Positions 53,732-64,000 of a stretch of 64,000 bases of DNA are shown here, piece by piece. Location: positions 16,368,001 to 16,432,000 of the forward strand of contig NC_043016.1 of assembly GCF_006345805.1 (NCBI RefSeq), read 5' to 3'. The notes beneath the pieces are model-generated. The model saw nothing but the letters and a program-made list of their open reading frames with translations. It was not told where the DNA came from and did no database searches. The stretch is from Octopus sinensis. Lineage: Eukaryota. The number at the start of each line of letters is the position of its first letter. Position 1 is the stretch's first letter. The translations under genes and the position numbers were made by a program.

Positions 53732-56084
53732 CAGTAGTTTTATTTTTATAGCGTGCTTTCACTTCACTACCGAGCGCAGCTCTGTGTGCCTTGGGTATGT
53801 GCTGTGATTTGTTGTGATGCTCTGATGGTTATTGTATGGAAAGTGTTCTGCGTAGGATGTGTGCAGTGCCTAGTAGTGCAATTTTCTGTATGTTATATGT
53901 GTTTGTAAGTCCTGGTGTTTTTGTTATGTATTTGTCTGAATATTTTTTTATCATGCCTAATGCACCTACTATGATAGGAATTGTTTCTGTTTTCAGATTC
54001 CACATTCTAGTGACCTCTATTTCCAGGTCTTTGTATTTTGAGAGTTTCTCCATTTCTTTTAGAGACACGTTGTCATCTGCCGGTATTGATACATCAATTA
54101 GAAAGCATTTTTTTTCTTCATGATCTCTGACAACTATATCTGGTCTGTTGGCCTTAATTTCTCTATCTGTGTGTATCGGCATATCCCAGAGTATGGTTGC
54201 TTTCTCGTTTTCTGTGACCTTTTCTGGTGTGTGCCTATACCATCTTTTTTCTGTTGTTATTCCATAATGTTGGCATAGCTTCCAATGTATGTAGGTTCCA
54301 ACTCTGTCATGTCTGTGAATATATTCCTTCTTAGCCAGGACTGGGCAGCTAGAGATAATATGATTTATTGTTTCTTGTCCATCTCCACATATTCTGCAGT
54401 TACTTGTAATATTTCTTTTCATTACATGTTGGTAATTTCTGGTGGGGAGGCTTTGGTCTTGTGCTGCAATTAAAAATCCCTCTGTTTCTGCTTTGAGTCC
54501 TGAGCTTCTCAACCATTGCTGGGATTTTTCTTTGTCTATTTCTTTTGCGTTTAGTTTAGTCCAGTATTTACCATGAAGGGGTTTTTCTTGCCATCGTTTT
54601 ATCATGGCTTGTTGCTGTTCTATTTTTAGTTTGGATTTCATTTGTTTTATAGCTTTTGTTGTTTCTTCATCATCTTCTTCTTCTTCTTTGTGTTTATTAG
54701 GTGGCATGATTTCTTGTTTGTATTTGTCAGCTTCCTTAAATACTGAGAACAGTTTTTTGTTTTGCTCGTGTTTTGCTGCTATCTGGATCAGTTTTCCTTC
54801 CTTCTGAAGTAGGTATTTTTGCAGTCCTATGGTGGTTATTTTATAGTAGTTTTCCAGCTGTATAAGGCCTCTACCACCTTCTATACGTTGTATATATAGT
54901 CTTTCTATGTCAGATTTTGGGTGATGCATCCTAGATCCTGTCAGTATTTTTCTTGTTTTCCTATCTATTTTGGACAGTTCATTTCGTGTCCAGTTAAGGA
55001 TATTGTAGCTGTAACTTATAACTGGGACAGCTAAAGTGTTGATACCTATTATCTTGTTTTTAGCATTGAGCTCTGTTTTTAGTATTGATCTAACTCGTCT
55101 ATAATATTCTTGCTTTATTTTCTCTTTCATTTGTGTGTGTTGTGTCTTATCTAGTTCATGGATTCCTAAGTATTTGTAAGTTTGGCTTTGGTCTAATTCT
55201 TTTATTTCATTGGTTTTATCTAGTGTGATGTTGTTACTCTTAACTAGTTTTCCTCTTTTCATGGTTACTTTGGCGCATTTTTCTAATCCAAATTTCATAT
55301 CTATTTCTTTGGTAAATCCATGAACTGTCTTTAATAGTGTTTCCAGCTGTTTGTCATTTGCAGCATATAGTTTTAGGTCATCCATATATAAAAGGTGGCT
55401 GATCGTTTTGCCGTAACATTTATATCCGCATCCAGTTCTATTTAGCATATCAGATAGAGGTGACAGTGCCAAGCAGAAAAGGAGTGGAGAGAGCGTGTCT
55501 CCCTGGAATATTCCTCTTCTAATGGGGATGTCTTTGGTTTTCATGAGTCCCTCTTTTGTTTGGAGGTGTAGGACTGTTTGCCATTTATTCATAGAGTGCT
55601 CTATGAATTTTATGATTGTTGGTGCTACTTTGTTAATGGCTAGTGTTTCGAGGATCCATGTGTGGGGGATGCTATCAAACGCCTTTTTGTAGTCAATCCA
55701 GGCCATACTGAGGCCTTTCTTCTTTCTGTGGCTGTCTTCAGTTACGGCTTTATTAATCATTAGTTGATCTTTACAGCCATATGAGCCCTTGCAGCATCCT
55801 TTCTGCTCTTCTGGGAACAGTTTGTTTTCGTCCAGGTGCTTGTTCAGCCTTTGCGATATCACTGCAGTAAATGCCTTGAACATAGTAGGGAGGCAGGTTA
55901 TTGGCCTGTAGTTTTCTGGTTTTGTTGTTTCATTTGATTTGGGAATTAAGATGGTTTTCCCCTTCGTGAGCCATTCAGGCATTGTCTCTGGCTCTGCTAG
56001 TATGCTGTTAAAGTTTTCAGCCATCTTTTTGTGCATTCCTGTTAGATATTTCAACCAGAAGTTGGGGATCTTGTCATGCCATGT
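53732..56084 (-). mobile_element. R4/Dong-like family C, 5'-truncated but uninterrupted RT-zinc knuckle-RLE ORF (~750 aa)
   Basis: ORF 53829-56162 (first 26 codons are TAA repeat): NYRPITCL, AWIDYKKAFDS, GIFQGDTLSP, LYMDDLK, CRIC...H...C, RHD, ANRPDIVVRD...LIDVSIP...EKLSKYKDL. Flanked by (TTA)n. Confidence 0.95.
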
Positions 56085-56097
56085 TATTATTATTATA

Positions 56098-56159
<62 letters not shown>

Positions 56160-56260
56160 CATTATTTTATTATTATTATTATTATCATTATTATTATATT
56201 ATTATTATTATTATAATTATTATTATTATTATTATCATCATCATTATTATTATTATTATA

Positions 56261-56302
<42 letters not shown>

Positions 56303-56345
56303 CATTATTATTATTATTATTATATTATTATTATTATTATTATTA

Positions 56346-56381
<36 letters not shown>

Positions 56382-56400
56382 CATTACTAACGTTATCATT
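56085..56400. repeat. (TTA)n microsatellite, 5' flank of the R4/Dong-like array
   Basis: Direct reading; equivalent tracts at 48400-48440, 48880-48987, 50933-51002 and 53545-53731. Confidence 0.95.
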
Positions 56401-56585
56401 ACTACCATTGTTACTGTTACTTCTGCTATTTGTCAGAGCATTAGAGATCGTGGTGGTGTTCTGGGCGGTGTCAGTAGAATGGGCTGGGTTGTGGTTGTAT
56501 AATAGCAGAAGTAACAGTAACAATAATAGTAATGATAACGTTAGTAATGATGATGATGATGATGATGATTACATTATGTCATCAG

Positions 56586-56620
<35 letters not shown>

Positions 56621-56695
56621 TATAGTGTAGCGAGAGGGAGGGAGGGATGGTACCTGGATTTGGAGAAAGGCAAAATTAGAGACAAAGACTATATA

Positions 56696-56747
<52 letters not shown>

Positions 56748-56756
56748 ATTATATAT

Positions 56757-56802
<46 letters not shown>

Positions 56803-56808
56803 TATATC

Positions 56809-56904
<96 letters not shown>

Positions 56905-56959
56905 ATATATATATATATATAGGAATAAAAAATGGAGTCAACGCAGGTTTAAACAAGTA

Positions 56960-57056
56960 TTTTTTCTTTCTACATATGTTTCAAAAATTCCACTGATACT
57001 TATTCAAAAGAATAAAAGGTATAAACAATGCAATCTTCTCTTCGGGAAAGTGAAAA
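56960..57056 (-). ncRNA. Hammerhead-like ribozyme in the 3' terminal region of the PLE (sense strand), CCGAAGA variant
   Basis: Minus strand: TTTTTTCACTTTC-CCGAAGA-long stem II (GAAGATT/AATTTTT, CATTG/CAGTG)-GAAAC-ATAT-GTA-GAAAGAAAAAA. Stem I CTTTC/GAAAG; palindromic stem III ACATATGT. The core has C in place of the conserved U of CUGA. Confidence 0.6.
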
Positions 57057-57250
57057 AACGAAACTTGTCAATACGACATTTTAGCAAAAATGATGGATTC
57101 GTATAGCGATAGACAGAACGCTATTAATATTGTTTAAAAAAACGTTATATGATATAACGTCATAAGTAGCTAACAGAAAGAGTAGGGATATTAATAGTGA
57201 ATGTTAAATATAAAGGAAATTAAAGTCTAAACTATATATAATGATAGAGA

Positions 57251-59773
57251 CTACTTATATGCACTAAAAGTATGCTTTTGCCAATGCTTACATCTGTATG
57301 CTCGTTCTATAACCGTGTTTACTAGAGTATTTTTAGAAAAAATAATGAAAAATAGCTCAGAATTGCAGAGAAGACAGAATTTCTTGCCTTTGTCATATGG
57401 TATCGAAATTGAGAGGATCAACCATTCCAAATGAAATTGTTCATTGTGGTCTTTTAAATTCCAAATCAGTTTGCTGAGACCGGTACTATTCCGTTTATTT
57501 CTATCTCTAAATGTTGAGTAATGGATAGAAATTCTCTTAGATAACTCTAACGATGTGCTTCCAATGTAAAATCGTACTTTATTACGAGTACTGATTATAC
57601 ACTGGTATATAGAATTTTTAATCTTAGAGTTACTTGACATAAATTTAATTCTATTGGGATTGACTTCAGATACAATAACCTTGTTATTAATATTTCTAGA
57701 GGGTTGGATGGTAGTAGCTAAATTAATGTTAGTATTAGTAAATGTATTAATATTTAACAGTTTGTTATTATGAGAAGATATAATTTGCAAGAGATTTTTT
57801 GTGTTTGAAAAACCTATCCTAACCTTATGTGAATTAATTATAGAGTAATATCTAGAATTATTTGGAAAATTCCTAGCAATAGCTTGACGAAACAGCAGTG
57901 GGAGATTAGATTTAATTTGTCTCCCGTAAGGAATTATTAACCAAATATTTTTACTAGTATTCATAGCGTAATTACTTTTGAAGGTGTTATATTTACTTTT
58001 AGATCGGTAATAGGGGAATAAATAAGGGTTATCTGCCTTCATTCGCTTTGTATCGGTGCGTAAGTTATGTTTGTTATCAATAATTCTTTTACGACTAGAA
58101 ATCTTATCTACATTATTGAATTTACAATTAGACTGAGCAGAATCAATGTAGAAAATTTTTTCTGTATAACCTGCTTTGATTAAGGCAGAGTTATAGAATT
58201 CAGCGTTATTATTGAAAATATCAACATTAGCAGATAATTTAGATAATCTAAATGAAATATTCTTAACTAAATTCTTAGTAATTGCTCCAGGATGATTACT
58301 AAATTTGCTAATGTACTTAAGATTGGTCAACGGTTTATGATATGGGAAGTAAGAGTCACTGTGTAAATTAAGGGTAATATCTAAAAAGTTGGCCTTCGTC
58401 AGATCGTCATCAAAAACGATTTTTAAGCCCATTCTACTGAAAAAATTAACTAAACTGTTCTTAACTTTTTGTACCTTTTGGTTAGAAACATTTTGGAGGT
58501 AAAGTAAACAATCATCACGATATAGACCTCCATAAATGTTAGGGAACTCTTCAGCCATTTCAAAAAGAATGTATATACAGACCAAATCAGCTATCTGTGC
58601 TGAATCAGAACTTCCCATAGGTATATCGAAACTATCTGGTGTGTCTTTACGGACCCACAACTTATCATCAAATTTAATAATAGATCTTCTGGCTGCCAAC
58701 ACAACATTAATTTCTTCTCGGGTGAGACCAGCTTTGTTATGAGCAAGCCAAAGTGCCTTATTAAGTACTATAGGATTAATAGACGAATAAAAATTGGAAA
58801 TATCAAACTGGATAAACTTCGTACTCACCTTACTGTTAATAGACCTAAACCAGTCAACTACGTCAAATGAATTAGTCCATAAGCTAAGTTTTAATGTTTT
58901 GATTAGATTAGGAATATATTTATCTAGTATATTTTTACTAAGGATACCGATGTCAGAGCTAGAAGGGCAGATAAGCCTTAATGATGGGTTAGTAAAAAAA
59001 TTTGGTTTGTGATCCTTCAAAATAAACCTAGGTTGCTTAGGAACAAGTGGTTCTGTCTTCATTTGTAGGTTATATTTCTCCATGACTTTCATAGCCTCGA
59101 TGTTGGCTTTCTTAAGTATTCTTTTATCAGCAATTTTATACTTTTTCTGAATTTCTTTTTCAAGTAATTCCAAATAATAGTCTTTATAAAGTTTGTACAG
59201 ATTACCAGTCTTATCAGATTGAACCAACATAGTATCCATAGAATTGATTTCTTTGGTGATGTTGCGAAGATACCTCAGATGTTTATTTCTTAGTGGTGAC
59301 CGTTGAAATTTTACATTTCTCACAATGGACCAGAGATCATCTTCAAATTGCTTCAACCTTGGGTTAGGCGGCGGACTATTTTTAGATTTAAATAACTTGC
59401 TGAACTCAGATGTTTTATCATTAGTGTGTTGTTGAGTGTCATTTTTGTCAAAGAAAAAGGTAAGCCATCTTATTCGGTTGATGAATGAATTAATCTTATT
59501 GACAAGTTGTTTAAGGAAAACATTCTTAGGTGGAATAGGAATGTCCTTAAGAGATGCGTTAATATATCTGCCAGCGATTAGGCTAATAAGTTGCAGCACA
59601 GCTTCCGAGTTTGAGTTGTTGGCAATCTCCCCTGCAGCCAGACTGCTTGGATCTCGGGTCCACTGATAGCGAACAATTTTCTGGTCATCATGTGAACGGG
59701 ATCCATCCAGCAAAACTATTAATTTTGGGAGTTGAATCACTTTGCTGATGTGCAGGCCTATAGTTTTTGGCAT
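57251..59773 (-). CDS. Chimeric 840-aa ORF: CR1-derived leader + KIAA0319-like PKD fragment + Penelope-like (Naiad-like) reverse transcriptase and GIY-YIG endonuclease
   Basis: SLKDIPIP...FINRIRW N-terminus; QFDISNFYSSI, FDIPMGSSDSAQIADLV, GLYRDDCL, NFLDITLNL...SNHP RT motifs; IYQC...FYIGST GIY-YIG; CLLC...CKH tail. No stop in 2.5 kb. The Naiad assignment rests on recalled motif resemblance. Confidence 0.9.
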   Translation of the reverse strand: MPKTIGLHISKVIQLPKLIVLLDGSRSHDDQKIVRYQWTRDPSSLAAGEIANNSNSEAVLQLISLIAGRYINASLKDIPIPPKNVFLKQLVNKINSFINRIRWLTFFFDKNDTQQHTNDKTSEFSKLFKSKNSPPPNPRLKQFEDDLWSIVRNVKFQRSPLRNKHLRYLRNITKEINSMDTMLVQSDKTGNLYKLYKDYYLELLEKEIQKKYKIADKRILKKANIEAMKVMEKYNLQMKTEPLVPKQPRFILKDHKPNFFTNPSLRLICPSSSDIGILSKNILDKYIPNLIKTLKLSLWTNSFDVVDWFRSINSKVSTKFIQFDISNFYSSINPIVLNKALWLAHNKAGLTREEINVVLAARRSIIKFDDKLWVRKDTPDSFDIPMGSSDSAQIADLVCIYILFEMAEEFPNIYGGLYRDDCLLYLQNVSNQKVQKVKNSLVNFFSRMGLKIVFDDDLTKANFLDITLNLHSDSYFPYHKPLTNLKYISKFSNHPGAITKNLVKNISFRLSKLSANVDIFNNNAEFYNSALIKAGYTEKIFYIDSAQSNCKFNNVDKISSRKRIIDNKHNLRTDTKRMKADNPYLFPYYRSKSKYNTFKSNYAMNTSKNIWLIIPYGRQIKSNLPLLFRQAIARNFPNNSRYYSIINSHKVRIGFSNTKNLLQIISSHNNKLLNINTFTNTNINLATTIQPSRNINNKVIVSEVNPNRIKFMSSNSKIKNSIYQCIISTRNKVRFYIGSTSLELSKRISIHYSTFRDRNKRNSTGLSKLIWNLKDHNEQFHLEWLILSISIPYDKGKKFCLLCNSELFFIIFSKNTLVNTVIERAYRCKHWQKHTFSAYK
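59564..59738 (-). pseudogene. Captured host fragment encoding a KIAA0319/KIAA0319L-like PKD domain segment
   Basis: IQLPKLIVLLDGSRSHDDQKIVRYQWTRDPSSLAAGEIANNSNSEAVLQLISLIAGRY matches the recalled KIAA0319-family last PKD repeat pattern LP....LDGS.S.DD..IV.Y.W.RD..S.AAG.V...S.....L.L.NL..G.Y. Confidence 0.8.
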
Positions 59774-59813
59774 CTGCTCTACTTCCCCCTTTATGGATTG
59801 GGTATATATATAT

Positions 59814-59943
59814 ATTTATTATATAGAAGGAGCTTCTACAGGACTAGAACTGTTTCATTCAAAAGAAATCATCAGAGCTTCCTGATGATTTCTTTTGAAT
59901 GAAACAGTTCTAGTCCTGTAGAAGCTCCTTCTATATAATAAAT
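59814..59943. repeat. Perfect 62-bp inverted repeat, 6-nt spacer
   Basis: 59814-59875 is the exact reverse complement of 59882-59943; spacer AGCTTC. Confidence 0.97.
59875..59927 (+). ncRNA. Type I hammerhead ribozyme
   Basis: Stem I GAGCTTC(59875-59881)/GAAGCTC(59921-59927); CTGATGA 59882-59888; short stem II TTC-TTTT-GAA; GAAA 59901-59904; stem III CAG/CTG; GUA triplet 59918-59920. Confidence 0.85.
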
Positions 59944-60001
59944 TAATTTACTCTGCTATGTACCTTATTTACTGTGGTTAACCCCGACTCAACCCGGGAC
60001 C

Positions 60002-60063
<62 letters not shown>

Positions 60064-60289
60064 TTGGCATGCTCACTTAGCCAGCAGGGTGGCGTCATTT
60101 GAAGGCTAAAACAATGTGAAGCGCATTGTGACCAGTGATGTGTAGTAACATCTGATAGCCTGGTCGGTCACAGTGATCACGGTGGTATAAATATATATAT
60201 ATATACATTTTATTTTTTCTCTAGTTTCAGCTCAGAGCTGTGACCATGCTGATGCGCTGCCGTTTTGTGCTACACTGTTATTCCTAAGA

Positions 60290-61790
60290 GCCTCCTCTAA
60301 TATGTGGCACTTGGTGAAGAATGGAGTCTGATATAGTTACCATCATTTGCATCCTCTTGCCATGAGGTAGGTTCATTTGGGACTCTCGACAGGAAGATGT
60401 CCAGCTTTGATTTAAAAACCCCTACATCTACTTTGTGCAAATTCCTCAGACTCTTTGGGAGAATATTAAAAAGCTGTGGGTCCTTGAAACCCAGGCTGTT
60501 ACAGTAGCTGGTTCTGAAGCATGATGGCATTGCTTGGATCTTTGGCACTATGTAGTGTCGTCCCGTTCTAGCATCGGTGTAGCTTTCAATGCCAAAATTT
60601 GGCACAATTCCTTCTAGGATCTTCCAGATATATATTACTGCATACCTCCCCCACCTTCTCTCCAGGGAGTAGAGTCTTAGCTGTTTCAGCCTTACCCAGT
60701 AGCTGAGCTGTTGCAAAGAGACGATCTTCTTTGTGAATCTTCTCTGGATTACTTCAAGGTCCGCTGTTAATTTTACACTGGTGGGTGACCATAGCTGTGA
60801 GCAGTAATCCAGGCGACTGAGGACGAATGTCCACCAGAGGACCATCATGGTTTCCTTATCTCTGGTTCTGAATGTTCTTAGGATCCATCCAGCCAGTCGT
60901 CTGCACTTTGTCGCCATCCTGGTAATGTGCACTTGGAAAGAGGTATCATCACTCATGTCGATATCCAAGTCCCTCACTGACTTAGGCTCTGGGATTGAAA
61001 TTCCCTGTGGACCGGTGTATCCTGTAAGTTTAATATTCAGTTTTGGGTGCTGGTAGCGCAGGGCCTGGAATTTTTCAGCATTAAACTGCATATTATTATC
61101 CTCAGCCCATCTGTAGATTGAGTCCAACTCCTGATGCAGATGTACAACATCGCTGGGGTTCTGTATTTTCTGTGAGACTTTCGTATCATCTGCATAGCTT
61201 GCCAGAATGGCTATCCGGGCATTTGAGGGCATATCTGAGAGAGCCACTATAAAAAGCAGTGGTCCCAAGACAGTGCCCTGTGGAACACTGCTCACTATTT
61301 GTGTGTTCATAGAGGTAGCTCCATTAACCACTACTGCCTGACTCCTATCTTTCAGGAAGTCATATAACCACTCTCCAAGTTTTCCAGCTATGCCGAGGTC
61401 ACGCAATTTGTGGCATATCATACCATGATCCACCTTGTCAAAAGCTTTTGCAAAATCAAGGTAGATTACGTCCACATTTGATTTGTTGAGTAACTACCTC
61501 ACACCCAGTAATAATGTTGTAAGATCTGGGTTAGGCAGCTCCTACCTGGTTGAAAACCATGTTGGGTATCACTCAGCAAGTTATTTTCGTCAAGGAATAC
61601 GATTAGTTTCCCTCTGACTATCCGTTCCATGACTTTGCTGATGTGCAGGCCTATAGTTTTTGGCATCTGCTCTACTTCCCCCTTTATGGATTGGGTATAT
61701 TATTCCCTCCTACAGTTTGCTTGGCAGTTTGCCATTTGTAAGAAAGCTCTGGAAGAGAATTTGAAGGGGTTTTGCCAGGGCATGTTTACA
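60290..61790 (-). mobile_element. CR1-clade LINE, 5'-truncated and frameshifted RT
   Basis: LAKPLQILFQSFL, PIHKGGSRADAKNYRP, HISKVMERIV, QHGF..GRSCLTQ, VIYLDFAKAFDKVDH, VPQGTVLGPLLF, SYADDTK, SRLDYCSQLWSP, LYSLERR. Confidence 0.92.
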
Positions 61791-62199
61791 CGATTTATAT
61801 TTATATTTATATATATCCACACATGTGTGTGTTTATACAAATATATATGAGTTAGTCGTATTTTGTCAGAATTTATGTTCCGACTTCAATTTCCGTCTCA
61901 GTCGACTTCACCTCCATACCCTTGGGTCTATACATTATGCATGCCACATTTAAGTCATAAGGCAAAAATCTCACTTAAAAATATTTTAAAATATATATTT
62001 CATTGTAAGGGAAATAACTCTCACCGCTAACATTTAGAAAAGTGCCGGCTTGTTTTGTAATTACCTCCCTTACCAAACGAGAAACACAACTCTTGCCATG
62101 ACTTGGAAATGGCAAGCGTTTAAATATAATCTCCGTTTGGAAACAATGGACAAACTTTTTTAGGCCCAATTTGTACAGAAACGGCTACAACCACAAATA

Positions 62200-63150
62200 T
62201 GCTACGTGTGTCTTCCGACGATAGCGCCGTCCCGATTGGCAGGCTGAAACTAACGCAGCTGACATGGAAGACCACACATCTGCAATATTCAACAGCCTAT
62301 GGCTTCTGGTCGACTTCCCCTAATAAATCCTCTACCCAGCCAATAATTCTTCACCTCCATGTGCATAATGAACCCTGCGATTCCTGGGTAAAATGCTCCA
62401 CTGATCCTCATCTCTTCATCACTATCCTCGTTCAAGCCGATGCGGCTGCTGCGAGGGCATCGGGTTTCACCTCTTCCCTTTCACCCCCCCCCCAATCTAT
62501 CCGTCATAACCCTAAAACAGACACTGGAGTTCCCGGTTTTATTGACCAAGAATTTCCGTTCCTGCTGCCTCTATGAAGTGCGGTGGTTTAGGTGGTGCTG
62601 TGGCCCATGAACCGGCTGGTTTAGCGGTTTCCGTTTTCTTTGCCTCGACGTACTTCAGGGCTTCTTCCCAGGGTGACTCCCTTCATTGGAATCACCCAGG
62701 ATGTCAAAGCAGATCTCGTTGTCCCAAACCTACGTATGAGAGCATTGCAGACTATCAATTCGATGTAATCAATTGTGGCATGGCAGCCCACCCGGGGGCA
62801 TCCCACCTTGAAGTTGTAGATCCCTACCTGGTCTCGAGGACGGGCAGCGAATGTTCTGACCCGTTCGTCCCGTTCCTGGCACATTTGTTGTAGCTGCACA
62901 CGAGCGACCGTGACATTTCCTTGGCGGACACCCAGGGACTTAACGTGAGTGAAGACTGTTTGCTTAAGCGCCAAATGTCCATGATATATCATTTCTGAAG
63001 GTCTCATTGCAACATTTGAGAAGCTGAAAGACTACGTTGTTACTCGTAATACGAGTGGCTTGTTTGTAGTCTGACCATCTCAGCTCAAATTAATCCCACT
63101 CCTCGCTATTTGCAGCTGCGGAGATAAAGGTGGTTTTAATAAGCAAGAAA
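62200..63150 (-). mobile_element. Decayed Ty3/Gypsy gag-like remnant
   Basis: ORF 62621-63007 LGVRQGNVTVARVQLQQMCQERDERVRTFAARPRDQ...IDY.E resembles recalled invertebrate Gypsy gag (VRQEN.MVARV.L..M.Q.RDE..R.F.ARL.GQ). No pol or clear LTR seen. Confidence 0.6.
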
Positions 63151-64000
63151 ATAAAAAAGTTGCTACTCCATCCCGGTAAAACGCTGCGCCCAGTATGAGG
63201 AAGCAGTGTCGACAATAATTCTTTAAGGTATACCCAGTGCAGGCTTTAGACACACAAGAAGTGCAGGGGATTCACAAGAAGGTTATAGTGATTTACGTAA
63301 CTAAATAGTTGAATGATCTCCCTTGCAAGAAGGATTATAGAGTAACCACCCTTTAATAAGTTTCTCGAAGCATCTGTATCATGAGACGTGATTCTTAATT
63401 ATTCTAGAAGTTTCTAGAATATCTGGCGTTACATTACTAAAGAGAGCTTGCTTGCCCTGTTCTTTGCTTCTTAATCGATTAGACTCAAAGCCATTCATGC
63501 CATTGCTATATCCGTCTATTTCTCTACACCACATGACCACCACTTAGCTGTTATTTCTACATTTCCTGTTTCTGAACTTTCTTGCATAGATTACTTCATT
63601 CAACTAGATTCTACATTTTGATTATATTTCATAATCGACAATAAATAAAATCTATTTTTATGTAGTAAATATATAGTTCTTAAATTTTTTCTTCTTCTCT
63701 ATATAAGAACACTTCTAATAATATACACGCAGCCATATCAACACCTGATACTGAATATATATTTTCACTATACCTTCTTTGCAAATCGTTGGCGGGACTT
63801 AAATGTCGATGTAAGCATTATAGCCGACAAAGAAAGAATACGTTCTTGGAACCTCATACGACGAGAGAGTCCATCATATATAAATATATACACGCGCGCA
63901 AACACGTTTATATATATTAGAAAGACAATTACTAAATATGTATATATATTTGTTTTGGGGGTGTATTTTATTTTCAAGATTTACATGGTCTGTAAAAAGC

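Noticed and set aside
48400-56400. Repeat-spacer alternation resembling a CRISPR array
   Set aside because: The repeats are TTA microsatellites and the spacers are kb-long retrotransposons; eukaryotic context, no cas genes.
59739-61700. The 69-bp direct repeats as a target-site duplication around 59808-61631
   Set aside because: The enclosed interval contains the continuation of the same CR1 from the second copy, which a TSD model cannot explain.

Overview
AT-rich, microsatellite-dense metazoan DNA, most likely a coleoid cephalopod (Octopus). That assignment is inferred from recalled SINE/MITE families and repeat density and was not checked against a database. One host gene is clear: the last five coding exons of an SLC6 sodium:neurotransmitter symporter (glycine/amino-acid transporter-like) on the + strand, 23501-29542. 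The rest is mostly transposon-derived. It includes decayed Tx1/L1, RTE and CR1 LINEs, two Tc1/mariner remnants, TTAA-flanked piggyBac-type MITEs, several tRNA-derived SINE families, an alternating array of R4/Dong-like RT+RLE elements in (TAA)n tracts, a Gypsy gag remnant, and Penelope-like elements (PLEs) carrying hammerhead ribozymes. The most striking structure is at 56921-59943. An uninterrupted 840-codon minus-strand ORF fuses three parts in frame: an ATG-bearing piece copied from the neighbouring CR1, a host KIAA0319/KIAA0319L-like PKD-domain fragment, and a Naiad-like PLE reverse transcriptase plus GIY-YIG endonuclease. A hammerhead-like motif lies 3' of the ORF, and a perfect 62-bp palindrome containing a canonical type I hammerhead lies 5' of it. 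Related hammerhead fold-back palindromes recur at 4113-4288 and, degenerate, at 9739-10038. Most ORF-track entries are microsatellite translations. There is one 100-N gap at 4727-4826.
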